A DNA stretch of 36,829 bases, taken from the NCBI GenBank assembly GCA_964440725.1, contig CAYTTL010000003.1, positions 1 through 36,829 on the forward strand. Direction: 5' to 3'. Positions 6,888 to 14,564 of the stretch are shown here, in pieces. A program made the position numbers and the translations under genes. The stretch comes from an uncultured Acidimicrobiales bacterium. Its GTDB lineage: Bacteria; Actinomycetota; Acidimicrobiia; Acidimicrobiales; AC-14. The notes under the pieces are model-generated. The model did no database searches, was not told where the DNA came from, and worked only from the letters and a program-made list of their open reading frames with translations. Position 1 is the first letter of the stretch. Every line of letters starts with the position of its first letter.

Positions 6888-7859
6888 GTGGTATCGGCGG
6901 CTCACCTTCGCCTCGTCGATCCGCAATCGCCCGGCTCCACGATGCCCCGGCTCCGGGGCATGCCATCTCGCTTCGTACTACGCGCCGAACTCCAAGGCAT
7001 GGGCTTCTCGCCAAAGACGGTCGACACCTACTACGGAATAATCACCAGGGCCGACACGTGGATGACGGCGCGTGGCCACCCGGCGGCGAAGGCGCCGGCG
7101 AGCCTGGTCGCCCGGTACGCCGACACCCTCCCCCGATCGTGGTCGACCCGCAAGGGCCTGCGCGCCGCCCTCGCCGCCTACTGGGAGCTGGTCCACCGGC
7201 GGAACCCACCGCTGGCGGTGATCCGGGTACCCCCGAAACCCGAGATGGTGTGCCGTGCCCTCGATGAGGACGAGGCGGCCGCCCTGGCCAGGGCGGCACG
7301 CGACCGGGGTGACATGCGGGCGTTCCCGATGACGCTCGGGCTCTACCAGGCGATGCGCCGGGAGGAGATGGCGCGCTGTCGCTGGGTCGACTTCAAGGGC
7401 GGCCGCATGCTCACGGTCATCGGCAAGGGCGAGAAGCAACGGACCCTCGACGTCAGCCCGTCCGTGCTCGGTCATCCGTACTTCCGGGCCCACCGACCAC
7501 CCACCCCCGGAGCGGGCGACTATCTGTTCCCAGGCCGCTTCGGAGGACACGTGAACCCGGCAACCATCTGGAAATGGGTCACTGAGCTCGCCGAGGACGT
7601 CGGTGTGTTCGGGGTTACCCCCCACCGGCTCCGCCACACCTGCCTGGCCACACAAAACGACACCACCGGCGATCTCCGGGCCGTGCGCGACTTCGCCGGC
7701 CACTCCCGAACGGCGACGACGGAGGGCTACACCCGGACGAAGGCCTCGGCCATGCATGCGGTGATGCTGAGCGTCGACTACCTCAACGAGCGGCCCAGGC
7801 GTGGCCGGCGGCCGCACGCCCCGCCCCCGTCGCTCTTCGACGACGACGAAGGTAGGTGA
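6888..7859 (+). CDS. int: Tyrosine recombinase / phage integrase
   Basis: 323-aa ORF. Catalytic-type motifs MRREEM (Arg), HRLRHT (H-x-x-R) and GHSRTATTEGYTR (His..Tyr). Confidence 0.9.
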   Translation: MVSAAHLRLVDPQSPGSTMPRLRGMPSRFVLRAELQGMGFSPKTVDTYYGIITRADTWMTARGHPAAKAPASLVARYADTLPRSWSTRKGLRAALAAYWELVHRRNPPLAVIRVPPKPEMVCRALDEDEAAALARAARDRGDMRAFPMTLGLYQAMRREEMARCRWVDFKGGRMLTVIGKGEKQRTLDVSPSVLGHPYFRAHRPPTPGAGDYLFPGRFGGHVNPATIWKWVTELAEDVGVFGVTPHRLRHTCLATQNDTTGDLRAVRDFAGHSRTATTEGYTRTKASAMHAVMLSVDYLNERPRRGRRPHAPPPSLFDDDEGR

Positions 7860-7862
7860 GCG

Positions 7863-8105
7863 ATGCCGTACAACCAGTTCGCGCCCTGCAACGTCTCAGG
7901 ATGCGAGGAACCTCGGGCGAAACGGAGGGCCTGGTGCGCTGAGCATGTCGTAGTGATCGACTCGGCCAAAGACCGGAACCGGTGCGACGGGTCCGCCCGC
8001 GCGAAGGATCGGATCGAGAAGTGTTTCTTGGTGCGGGGCCACGTCGGGCCGTGCCGGCCCCGTCTCGAGGTCCTGCGCGACGTTGTGAACCGCTTGGGCT
8101 ACTGA
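7863..8105 (+). CDS. Cys-rich hypothetical protein, 80 aa
   Basis: Starts 3 nt after the int stop. High GC3. Sequence includes CNVSGC..C.EH. Confidence 0.55.
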   Translation: MPYNQFAPCNVSGCEEPRAKRRAWCAEHVVVIDSAKDRNRCDGSARAKDRIEKCFLVRGHVGPCRPRLEVLRDVVNRLGY

Positions 8106-8261
8106 CCTCTGTCGCTTCTGTGCTTCTTGTACGGCGCTGCCTGGACGCGACGAAGCGCCCGATAGGCAGCGGGCGGATCAACCTCGACGTCGACGAGACA
8201 CACCTGGCCATCGGTGACGAGATCCGCCTCACCGGTCTCGTTGTCCCGGCGTTTCGCGACA

Positions 8262-8291
8262 ACGCCCCGCCACCCGAAGGCAGCGGGGCGT
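8262..8291. terminator. Perfect 9-bp stem hairpin between convergent genes (candidate bidirectional terminator)
   Basis: ACGCCCCGC (8262..8270), 12-nt loop, GCGGGGCGT (8283..8291). No U-tract. Confidence 0.45.
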
Positions 8292-8329
8292 CAGGTCCTG
8301 GAGTAACTAGGGCCCCCGGCGGACCTTGC

Positions 8330-8735
8330 TCATCGGGTCGGCCAGTGATGGCGCCGGCGGCCGGCCACGACTGCGCAGGCCCCGAGCACCAGCAGGCACG
8401 CAGCGAACCCCAGCCGTTCGGTCGGCGTCGATACCGGTCGTCGGCATCTGCGCGCTCCTCGACGGGGCCGCCTGGTTTTGTGCAGCGGGAGCGGTCGGTG
8501 CGTCGGGAGCGGCCGTCGCGGTTCCCTGCCTTGGCAGGGATTCACAGGCGATGCCATCGTTGTCGTTGCCGTCGAGGCCGTTGGGGTCGGAGGTGTCGGC
8601 GTTATAGACCGCCTGGGCCTGCTCCTGATAGGTGAAGTCGTCACAGTTCCGGTCGGTCTGCGCCGATGCCGCCGGCCCGGTCAAGACCACCGCGACCATG
8701 GCCACAGCGAGCGCCGCCAAGAGCTTCCTGAACAT
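8330..8735 (-). CDS. Secreted Excalibur calcium-binding-domain protein with an apparent frameshift near 8420 separating it from a C-terminal sorting-signal-like tail
   Basis: Signal peptide [25 protein letters not shown]. Excalibur-type [35 protein letters not shown]. After ..[10 protein letters not shown] the high-GC3 frame switches to [29 protein letters not shown], stopping at 8330. The uninterrupted track ORF is 8307..8735. Confidence 0.75.
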
Positions 8736-8768
8736 GGTTCCGCCTCCCCGTTGGTGTGGGGAGGAACC
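8736..8768 (-). promoter_or_regulatory. Hairpin between the stop of the 51-aa ORF and the Excalibur gene ATG; contains its RBS
   Basis: GGTTCCGCCTCCCC (8736..8749), loop GTTGGTGT, GGGGAGGAACC (8758..8768). On the minus strand GGGAGG sits 8 nt before the ATG at 8735. Confidence 0.35.
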
Positions 8769-8924
8769 CTACTTCGGCAGCGGCCGAGGGTCGTCGCCGA
8801 AGGTCGCCCGGCTGGCCCAGTCGTCGGGCAGGTCGTCCGGCGCTCTGTGACCGAGGTACGGCGGGGGTCGGAGGATGACCACCTCGACCTCGGTGTTGTT
8901 GTCCGTGGTCTCTTTGCTGGCCAT
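8769..8924 (-). CDS. Hypothetical small protein, 51 aa
   Basis: ATG at 8924 overlaps the upstream stop (TGATG). Sequence MASKETTDNNTEVEVVILRPPPYLGHRAPDDLPDDWASRATFGDDPRPLPK. High GC3. Below the track cutoff. Confidence 0.55.
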   Translation of the reverse strand: MASKETTDNNTEVEVVILRPPPYLGHRAPDDLPDDWASRATFGDDPRPLPK

Positions 8925-9307
8925 CAGGGGCGCTTTGGGGGTCGGGTACGGCGGACGGCCGACTCGCCGCGCAACTCGGCGACCTCGGCTTCGAGCGTCT
9001 CGACTCGGTGCTCGAGCTCCTGGTTGCGCCGCTGCTCGTGAGCCAGGGCCTCCTCGGCCACGCGGCGGGCCTCCTCGGCCACGCGGCGGGCCTCCTCGGC
9101 CTCGGCCAACTGAGTGGTCATGCGCCGCTCCAGCTCGGCCATCTGCGTCCGCAACCCTTCGAGGGCGTCCTTCTGCACCACGATCACGTCGGTGGCCGAG
9201 TCCACGATGATCTTGGTCACCTCGGGCTTGTACTTGAGGATGGCGACGAGGGCACCGACGAGACCGCCGACGGTCGTGACGACTGCGATCACCAGCGAGG
9301 TGTCCAT
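8924..9307 (-). CDS. N-terminally membrane-anchored coiled-coil protein of the lysis cassette, 127 aa
   Basis: ATG at 9307 overlaps the holin stop (TGATG). TM segment MDTSLVIAVVTTVGGLVGALVAIL followed by a Glu/Arg-rich helical region. Confidence 0.8.
   Translation of the reverse strand: MDTSLVIAVVTTVGGLVGALVAILKYKPEVTKIIVDSATDVIVVQKDALEGLRTQMAELERRMTTQLAEAEEARRVAEEARRVAEEALAHEQRRNQELEHRVETLEAEVAELRGESAVRRTRPPKRP
9047..9101 (-). repeat. 21-nt tandem repeat, ~2.6 copies, coding (AEEARRV duplication)
   Basis: GGCCTCCTCGGCCACGCGGCG at 9047..9067 and 9068..9088, with a partial third copy. Confidence 0.9.
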
Positions 9308-9699
9308 CACAGCCTCCGCAGGACGAGCAGCCGCACGATGCAGGCCACGGCGACGCCGCCCTGGACGATCACCGTGGGCAGGATGGGCGCCCCGGCCGCC
9401 AGCGAGGCGATGAGCGACACGGTGATGCCCGAGCCCAGCAGGTGCAGGCCCGCCCCCTCGATCCGGGGTGAGCGACGGAGGAGGCCGATCAGCATGGCGG
9501 CACCCCCCAGGCCGTACAGGAAGCTCCACACCGGCACGAGCCGGGGGAACTCCAGCTCGACCGCCTGTGCGGTGCCCGAGGCTGCCAGGGCGGGGATGAA
9601 GTAGGAGATCCCCGAGTAGATCGCCGCGACGGCGATCCAGACCTCGAATGGTGGCAGGGCCAGCTTGCCCCGCACGATCGGGGCGTCGGTGTCGGTCAC
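9307..9699 (-). CDS. Holin-like protein with four predicted TM helices, 130 aa
   Basis: GTG at 9699 chosen because GC3 is low in the 9700..9768 extension and high after 9699. GAGG lies 8 nt upstream. Four hydrophobic segments. Sits downstream of the endolysin. Confidence 0.75.
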   Translation of the reverse strand: MTDTDAPIVRGKLALPPFEVWIAVAAIYSGISYFIPALAASGTAQAVELEFPRLVPVWSFLYGLGGAAMLIGLLRRSPRIEGAGLHLLGSGITVSLIASLAAGAPILPTVIVQGGVAVACIVRLLVLRRL

Positions 9700-9817
9700 C
9701 GGTGGGCCTCGTGCGTGGCCTGGGCGATCGGGTCGATGACGTGGCGACGGATCCACCAGCCGACCCACGTCATGCGGAGGAACCAGTCCCAGCGGGACCA
9801 GTGAGCGGGGCGGTTCC

Positions 9818-11092
9818 TCACACCAACGTCCACGAGTGATTGTCGTGGTTCTCGTCGGGCCAGACGAGCAGGGCCTTTCCCCTGTCGCCCGAGCCGTCCT
9901 CCGTGCCGAGCACCAGGCGAGGCTTGGCTTCGCCCTGCGGCGGGATCATCGAGTAGATGGCGACCTTGCTCGGGTTGCCGTCGCGGGGGACGATGCGCCA
10001 CAGGCCGTTGCGCCCGCCATCGTCGGGCCACTGGACGACATGTCGGCCGACGGCCTTCTCGTAGCCATCCTCGACGTCATCCCCGATGCCCGGGACGTTG
10101 AGCGTGCGCCCGGAGTGAGCGCACACCAGCCGCACCATGTCGGGGGCCTCGCGCGTGCCGGCAGGGTGCACGACGATGCGCTGGTGCTTGCCGCCGTTGT
10201 CGTCCCACAGGATCACGCGGGCGCCGTCGCGGACGTCGGCTCCGCCGACGTCGGCCACCTTGCCAGAGAAGGCGGTGAGGGCACGGCGGGGCAGGTCGTT
10301 GGCGAGTAGCAGCATGGTGCGATCTCCGATCTGGAGCGGGTCGGCAGGCGGGGCGGGAGGCCTCGGCGGGCCAGCGTCGAGCACGGCCCACGTCTGGGGA
10401 CCGACTTCGCCGTCGACGGTCAGGCCGCAGTGGTGCTGGAGGTTGAGGACGGCGGCACCGGTCGCCTCACCGAAGTCCCCGTCGACGACAAGGCCGTACC
10501 CGAAGGCGTTGAGCTTGGTCTGGGCCTCGGCCACGTCGGCTCCGCTGTCACCGCGGCTCAGGGTGCGACGGCCGGGCGCCTGGCCCGGGCCACCGGGCGC
10601 TGGGGTGGCGTTGCCGGTGGGCAAGAACCCCACGTGGGCGTGGTCGTCGTGGTTCTGCGTCGGGCTGCCACGGTCGGGCATCAGGCGCCAGTAGCGGCCG
10701 ATCTTGTGGTTCCAGATGTACCGCCGGCTGATGATGTAGTCACCGCCGAAGCGGGGATGGTTGGCGATGTAGAACGCACAGATGGCGTCGCTCAGGGCCC
10801 GGTCGCTGATCCGGTGGAAGATGTCCAGGGCGCGGTCGGGGGCAGGTTGGTGTCCGTTGTAGGTGCCGAAGGACGAGGCCCCGGTGGCGTCGTTGCACGC
10901 GTTGGCGAAGGCCTGGACGTGGGGCCGCACGGCGATCCCGCCGTTGACCCGGATGAGCCCCCGGAGACGTGACAGGAACCGCCGCACACGGAGGGCACGC
11001 TCCCGGCCGAGGCCGAGGGCCTCTAGTTCCTCCTCGGTAATCGGCGGGCCGACGGGGCCGGGCGGCGGCGCGGGCGCGCGTGGGTCAGGCAT
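9818..11092 (-). CDS. Endolysin: N-terminal putative metallopeptidase-like domain, PG_binding_1-type domain, C-terminal beta-trefoil/ricin-like repeats
   Basis: 424-aa ORF with GGAG 6 nt upstream. His/Asp motifs GHQPAPDRALD and HDDHAHV. Peptidoglycan-binding-type LSRGDSGADVAEAQTKLNAFGYGLVVDGDFGEATGAAVLNLQ..GLTVDGEVGPQTW. Three W-containing subrepeats at the C-terminus. Confidence 0.9.
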   Translation of the reverse strand: MPDPRAPAPPPGPVGPPITEEELEALGLGRERALRVRRFLSRLRGLIRVNGGIAVRPHVQAFANACNDATGASSFGTYNGHQPAPDRALDIFHRISDRALSDAICAFYIANHPRFGGDYIISRRYIWNHKIGRYWRLMPDRGSPTQNHDDHAHVGFLPTGNATPAPGGPGQAPGRRTLSRGDSGADVAEAQTKLNAFGYGLVVDGDFGEATGAAVLNLQHHCGLTVDGEVGPQTWAVLDAGPPRPPAPPADPLQIGDRTMLLLANDLPRRALTAFSGKVADVGGADVRDGARVILWDDNGGKHQRIVVHPAGTREAPDMVRLVCAHSGRTLNVPGIGDDVEDGYEKAVGRHVVQWPDDGGRNGLWRIVPRDGNPSKVAIYSMIPPQGEAKPRLVLGTEDGSGDRGKALLVWPDENHDNHSWTLV

Positions 11093-11367
11093 GAACGCTC
11101 CGATCGGGTTGGGGTGTGTGGGGGGCCCGGGAGACCAGGCCGTCAGCGCGCGCGGAGTTCGGGATCAGCCGCGGAGATTCAGCGGGGCAGTGAAGCGAGC
11201 TGGCGGGCGCAGCTGGTCGCCGGCGTTGCCGTGGGGGCCAGAATGGGGGGCCGATGAGACTGATCGGACCGGACAACGTGCCGACCGGATGGGGGCTGGA
11301 CGCCTCCTGCTGCTGGTCGTCAACCACCCTTCGTGGTCCTGCCCGGGCTTGTCCTGCGCTCGCTGTT

Positions 11368-11526
11368 CTAAGAGGCAGACAGCCGTTTGGTGAGCGCCAG
11401 GTACCGCCGCTCCAGGGCCTCGCGGCGCTTCTGGTCCTCGGGCGTCTCGGGCGGGGACTCGCGCAACGCTTTGTCGATCTCGAACAGCTCGAACTGCTCG
11501 GCGGGTGTGAGGGCCTTGGTGGCCAT
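11368..11526 (-). CDS. Hypothetical small protein, 52 aa
   Basis: ATG at 11526 overlaps the tailspike stop (TGATG). Sequence MATKALTPAEQFELFEIDKALRESPPETPEDQKRREALERRYLALTKRLSAS. Below the track cutoff. Confidence 0.6.
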   Translation of the reverse strand: MATKALTPAEQFELFEIDKALRESPPETPEDQKRREALERRYLALTKRLSAS

Positions 11527-13517
11527 CAGAGACGGTTCTTCTCCCAGGAGGCCAGGACGTTGAGCGCAGGAGCACCGGTGGTCGTCACGGCCACGGCCGA
11601 GCGGTTGCGGATGTAGACGATGACCAGGCCGTCGGTGTTGACCGCGGCCGTGGCGTGAAGGCTGCCGAGGGACCCTGCCGCGATGGCACCGGTGCTGGCG
11701 AGCTGCAGGGCGACCTTGATGGCGTCGCCGGTCTTGGGGCCGCGCATGGCGAAAGGGCCACCCGGCAGGATCACTTCCGCGCTGGCGGCGTAGGTGGCGG
11801 CGTTCGCCACGAACAGGAGCACCGTCGCCCCGGTCGGCACTTCGCCCGGGGCGATCGACTTGATCTCGACAGCCGAGCCCACGCAGGATGCGAGGCGTAG
11901 ATCCGCCCCGCGGGGGATGCGCGCCGCGTAGTCGTGGGCTCCCTCACTGAACTGATCCAGAGTCAGCACGCCGCCGCTGGGGTCGGCCACCGTGGAGGCG
12001 CCGATGGTGTTGCCGATGACCCCAAACTGCTGCTTGGCGACACGAGTCCGTACCTGGAGGTCGAGCTTGGTGCCGGAAGGACCGCGGGCGGTGTGCAGGG
12101 TGGACTTGATGGCCCAGTCCTCGGTGTGGCCGCCGGAGCCGTTGTGGCGCAGCCGGCCCCGGAAGTAGTTGTCCGGCGCCCAGATCTCCAACGCCCGGTG
12201 GGCGTCGGGGTAGTCGGAGCCGACCTCGCAGTCGATGTCGTCGAAGGTGTTGTCGTAGGCCTGCTCGCCGACGGAGATGATCGTCTTGGGGTTGATGGCG
12301 CTCGAGTACTTGTAGGCGCCGTAGATCGACCGGAACACGCTGTTGTGCGTGAACTGCTTGACCTCCATCATCCGCTCTTGGAACCTGCCCTTGATGTTTT
12401 CCCAGTGGGTGAAGGCCATTGCGTTGCAGCTGATGAGGTGGTCGCAGTCGGCCACGATGTTCTTGATGACGCAGCGCCACCCGGCCGTGCGGCTGTGCAG
12501 CGGGGCGATGCCGATGAGCTCGAAGTCCCGGATGGTGACCCGCTGCGACACCTTCCAGGGGACACCGCGGGGAACGTCGGAGGCGGCGTTGATCTTGACC
12601 ACCGGGCCGCCGAGGATGAACGTGCTGGCCGTGGTGACCATGGAAACGGGAACCGGCACCTCCAGCTTCATTGCCCCAGTGACCGCGTTCCAGGACACGA
12701 CTCGGTTCCACATGCTGAAGTCGTGGGTGACGGACACGCCGCCGTTGTTGTTCGACGAGCAGATGGCCACAATGTCGCCCGCGGCGAGCGGCGCGCTGAC
12801 ACCGGCGGGGGTGGTGACGGTGATCGTGGTGTCTCCAGCGGTCACGGGATCGAGTCCGTGAGTTGCCCATGCAAGGGATGGCAACGAGGGGTTCATGGCT
12901 TGCGGGTGCATGTTGCCGACCTCGAAGCACGCCGCGTCGTAGGCGTCGGGGGCCACGTAGCGCAGCGCCCGGTTCTCGATGGTGGCCCCCAGGCCGAAAT
13001 GCACCTGGTCGTCGAGGGGGGCGACCATCTTGTTGGTGATGAGGTGGCCCCGGTAGCGAACCGCGCCACCCACACCGGCCGCCAGAGTCGCCGCCTGTGC
13101 GGCTGCCCAGTCGATCTCGTTGGTCAGCGCCGTGGCGTGGGGGTAGACGGCCTGGGCGGCAGCCAGGGAGCCGTAGAGGCCCGACAGCGGGTGCGAGTTG
13201 CCGTCGGCGTAGGCGCCGTAGTCCTCGGGCCGCAGCTCGTCGTCGGCGTCGGCGGGGTCCCGCCAGATGGTGATGGTCGCGACCTTGGACGGACCGACCC
13301 ACAGGTCGTAGTGGCCGGGCAGGGCGTAGAAGTCGTAGGTGCCCGACGTGGCGTCGGTGTTGAACGGGTTCGACTTGGGCGTGCCCGCTGGGGTGCTGTA
13401 GATGGCGGCCAGAGTGACGGCATCGCCCTTGGGCCGCACGGTGACGGCGGCGCCCTTCAGTAGCTGGGAGCCCACGTCGAGGAGGACGTCAGGGTTGGCG
13501 TGTCCGAATAGCGCCAC
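11526..13517 (-). CDS. Tailspike / receptor-binding protein with pectate-lyase-like right-handed beta-helix features (candidate depolymerase)
   Basis: 663-aa ORF. Segment PEDYGAYADGNSHPLSG..AAAQAV....IDWAAAQAA resembles the N-terminal cap of pectate_lyase_3-type tailspikes. Position is after the minor tail genes. Confidence 0.8.
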   Translation of the reverse strand: MALFGHANPDVLLDVGSQLLKGAAVTVRPKGDAVTLAAIYSTPAGTPKSNPFNTDATSGTYDFYALPGHYDLWVGPSKVATITIWRDPADADDELRPEDYGAYADGNSHPLSGLYGSLAAAQAVYPHATALTNEIDWAAAQAATLAAGVGGAVRYRGHLITNKMVAPLDDQVHFGLGATIENRALRYVAPDAYDAACFEVGNMHPQAMNPSLPSLAWATHGLDPVTAGDTTITVTTPAGVSAPLAAGDIVAICSSNNNGGVSVTHDFSMWNRVVSWNAVTGAMKLEVPVPVSMVTTASTFILGGPVVKINAASDVPRGVPWKVSQRVTIRDFELIGIAPLHSRTAGWRCVIKNIVADCDHLISCNAMAFTHWENIKGRFQERMMEVKQFTHNSVFRSIYGAYKYSSAINPKTIISVGEQAYDNTFDDIDCEVGSDYPDAHRALEIWAPDNYFRGRLRHNGSGGHTEDWAIKSTLHTARGPSGTKLDLQVRTRVAKQQFGVIGNTIGASTVADPSGGVLTLDQFSEGAHDYAARIPRGADLRLASCVGSAVEIKSIAPGEVPTGATVLLFVANAATYAASAEVILPGGPFAMRGPKTGDAIKVALQLASTGAIAAGSLGSLHATAAVNTDGLVIVYIRNRSAVAVTTTGAPALNVLASWEKNRL

Positions 13518-14015
13518 TCAGGCCCCCAAGGGTTGGCCGGCGACGCGGCGGTAGGTGGCGGACCCGACGGCGGGGCCGGCGTAGACCCGGTACTTCGGCG
13601 TGATGGTGAGGTTGCCGGGAGTGATCCCTCCGAACGCCATGGTCACGCCAAAGGCCGCCCCGACGTTGTTGCTGCCAGGCGTGAAGTTCAGCGACCAGTC
13701 GTCGGCGGCACCCAGCGTGAACGAACCCGACAGCGCCACCGACATGTAGATGCCGGTCCCGGCGAGATCGGTGGCGAGCAGCGCCGACCAGGAGATGAGA
13801 CAGATGCCCGTCGAACCCACGGGCGCCACGACGGCCGGTCCGAGTCCGGTCAGGTCGTCGTAGAGCGTGGACGTGGTCGTCTCTGTGCCCGCGGCGTAGG
13901 ACGCCACCGGCGTGGTGCGTCGGTGGAGGTCCTCGAGGTCGTCGCGGATGTCATTGAACATCGCCGCCGTCGGGATCTCTAGCGATGTCCAGGTCCGCGG
14001 AACGTGCCAGGCCAA
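13518..14015 (-). CDS. Minor tail protein, 165 aa
   Basis: N-terminus W.VPRTWTSLEIPTAAMFNDIRDDLEDL matches a motif common at the N-termini of actinophage minor tail/fibre proteins. TTG start. Confidence 0.8.
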   Translation of the reverse strand: MAWHVPRTWTSLEIPTAAMFNDIRDDLEDLHRRTTPVASYAAGTETTTSTLYDDLTGLGPAVVAPVGSTGICLISWSALLATDLAGTGIYMSVALSGSFTLGAADDWSLNFTPGSNNVGAAFGVTMAFGGITPGNLTITPKYRVYAGPAVGSATYRRVAGQPLGA

Positions 14016-14021
14016 GCGGGG

Positions 14022-14558
14022 TCAGCGCCCCACGGGGAGAGCCCGGGGGCCCGGCTGGAACTGCGGGAGCACGTCGGAGGGCCCGAGACGCCGGCCGTCC
14101 ATGACCAGTCCACCGAAGTCGGCCGGCAGATCGCCCATGAGGACGTTCTGGGCCTGGAGATCGACGACGGTCTCGGTGCGGGGGTCCCAGTTGCGGGTCG
14201 CAACCTCCCGGCGCTGCGACAAGACCACGTCGGCCACCTCGATGTCGGCGGTGCTGGGGAACTCGGCCCGACAGACCACGCCGCAGGTGAGGCACGCCCA
14301 GCGGTTGTTGGCCGGCCATGCTGCCTCAGAGCCCCGGCCGTCCTCCGAACACTCGGGGTTCGGGCAGTCGGCCACCCAGCGGGCACGGCTCACGTAGGCC
14401 GTCACCGTGTCGTCGGTGTCGTGGAGGCGCAACCCTCGGTCAACCGCAGCTCGGGCCCAAGCCGCGCGCACGTCGGCCACGGTGGTCAGCCGGCCGGACC
14501 CCGCCAGCACCCGTGGATCCTGGATCATGTCGCGCTGGTCACGAATCACTTGGGCCAC
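14022..14558 (-). CDS. Tail-region hypothetical protein with a Cys4 zinc-ribbon-like motif, up to 178 aa
   Basis: Sequence CPNPEC....CLTCG. The start may instead be GTG at 14549, which has better spacing from GGGGAGG. Confidence 0.75.
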   Translation of the reverse strand: MAQVIRDQRDMIQDPRVLAGSGRLTTVADVRAAWARAAVDRGLRLHDTDDTVTAYVSRARWVADCPNPECSEDGRGSEAAWPANNRWACLTCGVVCRAEFPSTADIEVADVVLSQRREVATRNWDPRTETVVDLQAQNVLMGDLPADFGGLVMDGRRLGPSDVLPQFQPGPRALPVGR

Positions 14559-14564
14559 CTCCCC

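Noticed and set aside
9700-9768. N-terminal extension of the holin-like ORF (track start 9768)
   Set aside because: Third-position G+C in this stretch is only about half, against a very high value after GTG 9699. The extension is Arg/Pro-rich and non-hydrophobic.
11093-11367. 275-nt gap between the tail and lysis genes, as a possible small gene (track ORF 11085..11327), tRNA or ncRNA
   Set aside because: The 80-aa translation is Pro/Ser-rich without features. I saw no cloverleaf-like arms or T-loop consensus, only weak hairpins. It is left unannotated as probable intergenic or promoter space.
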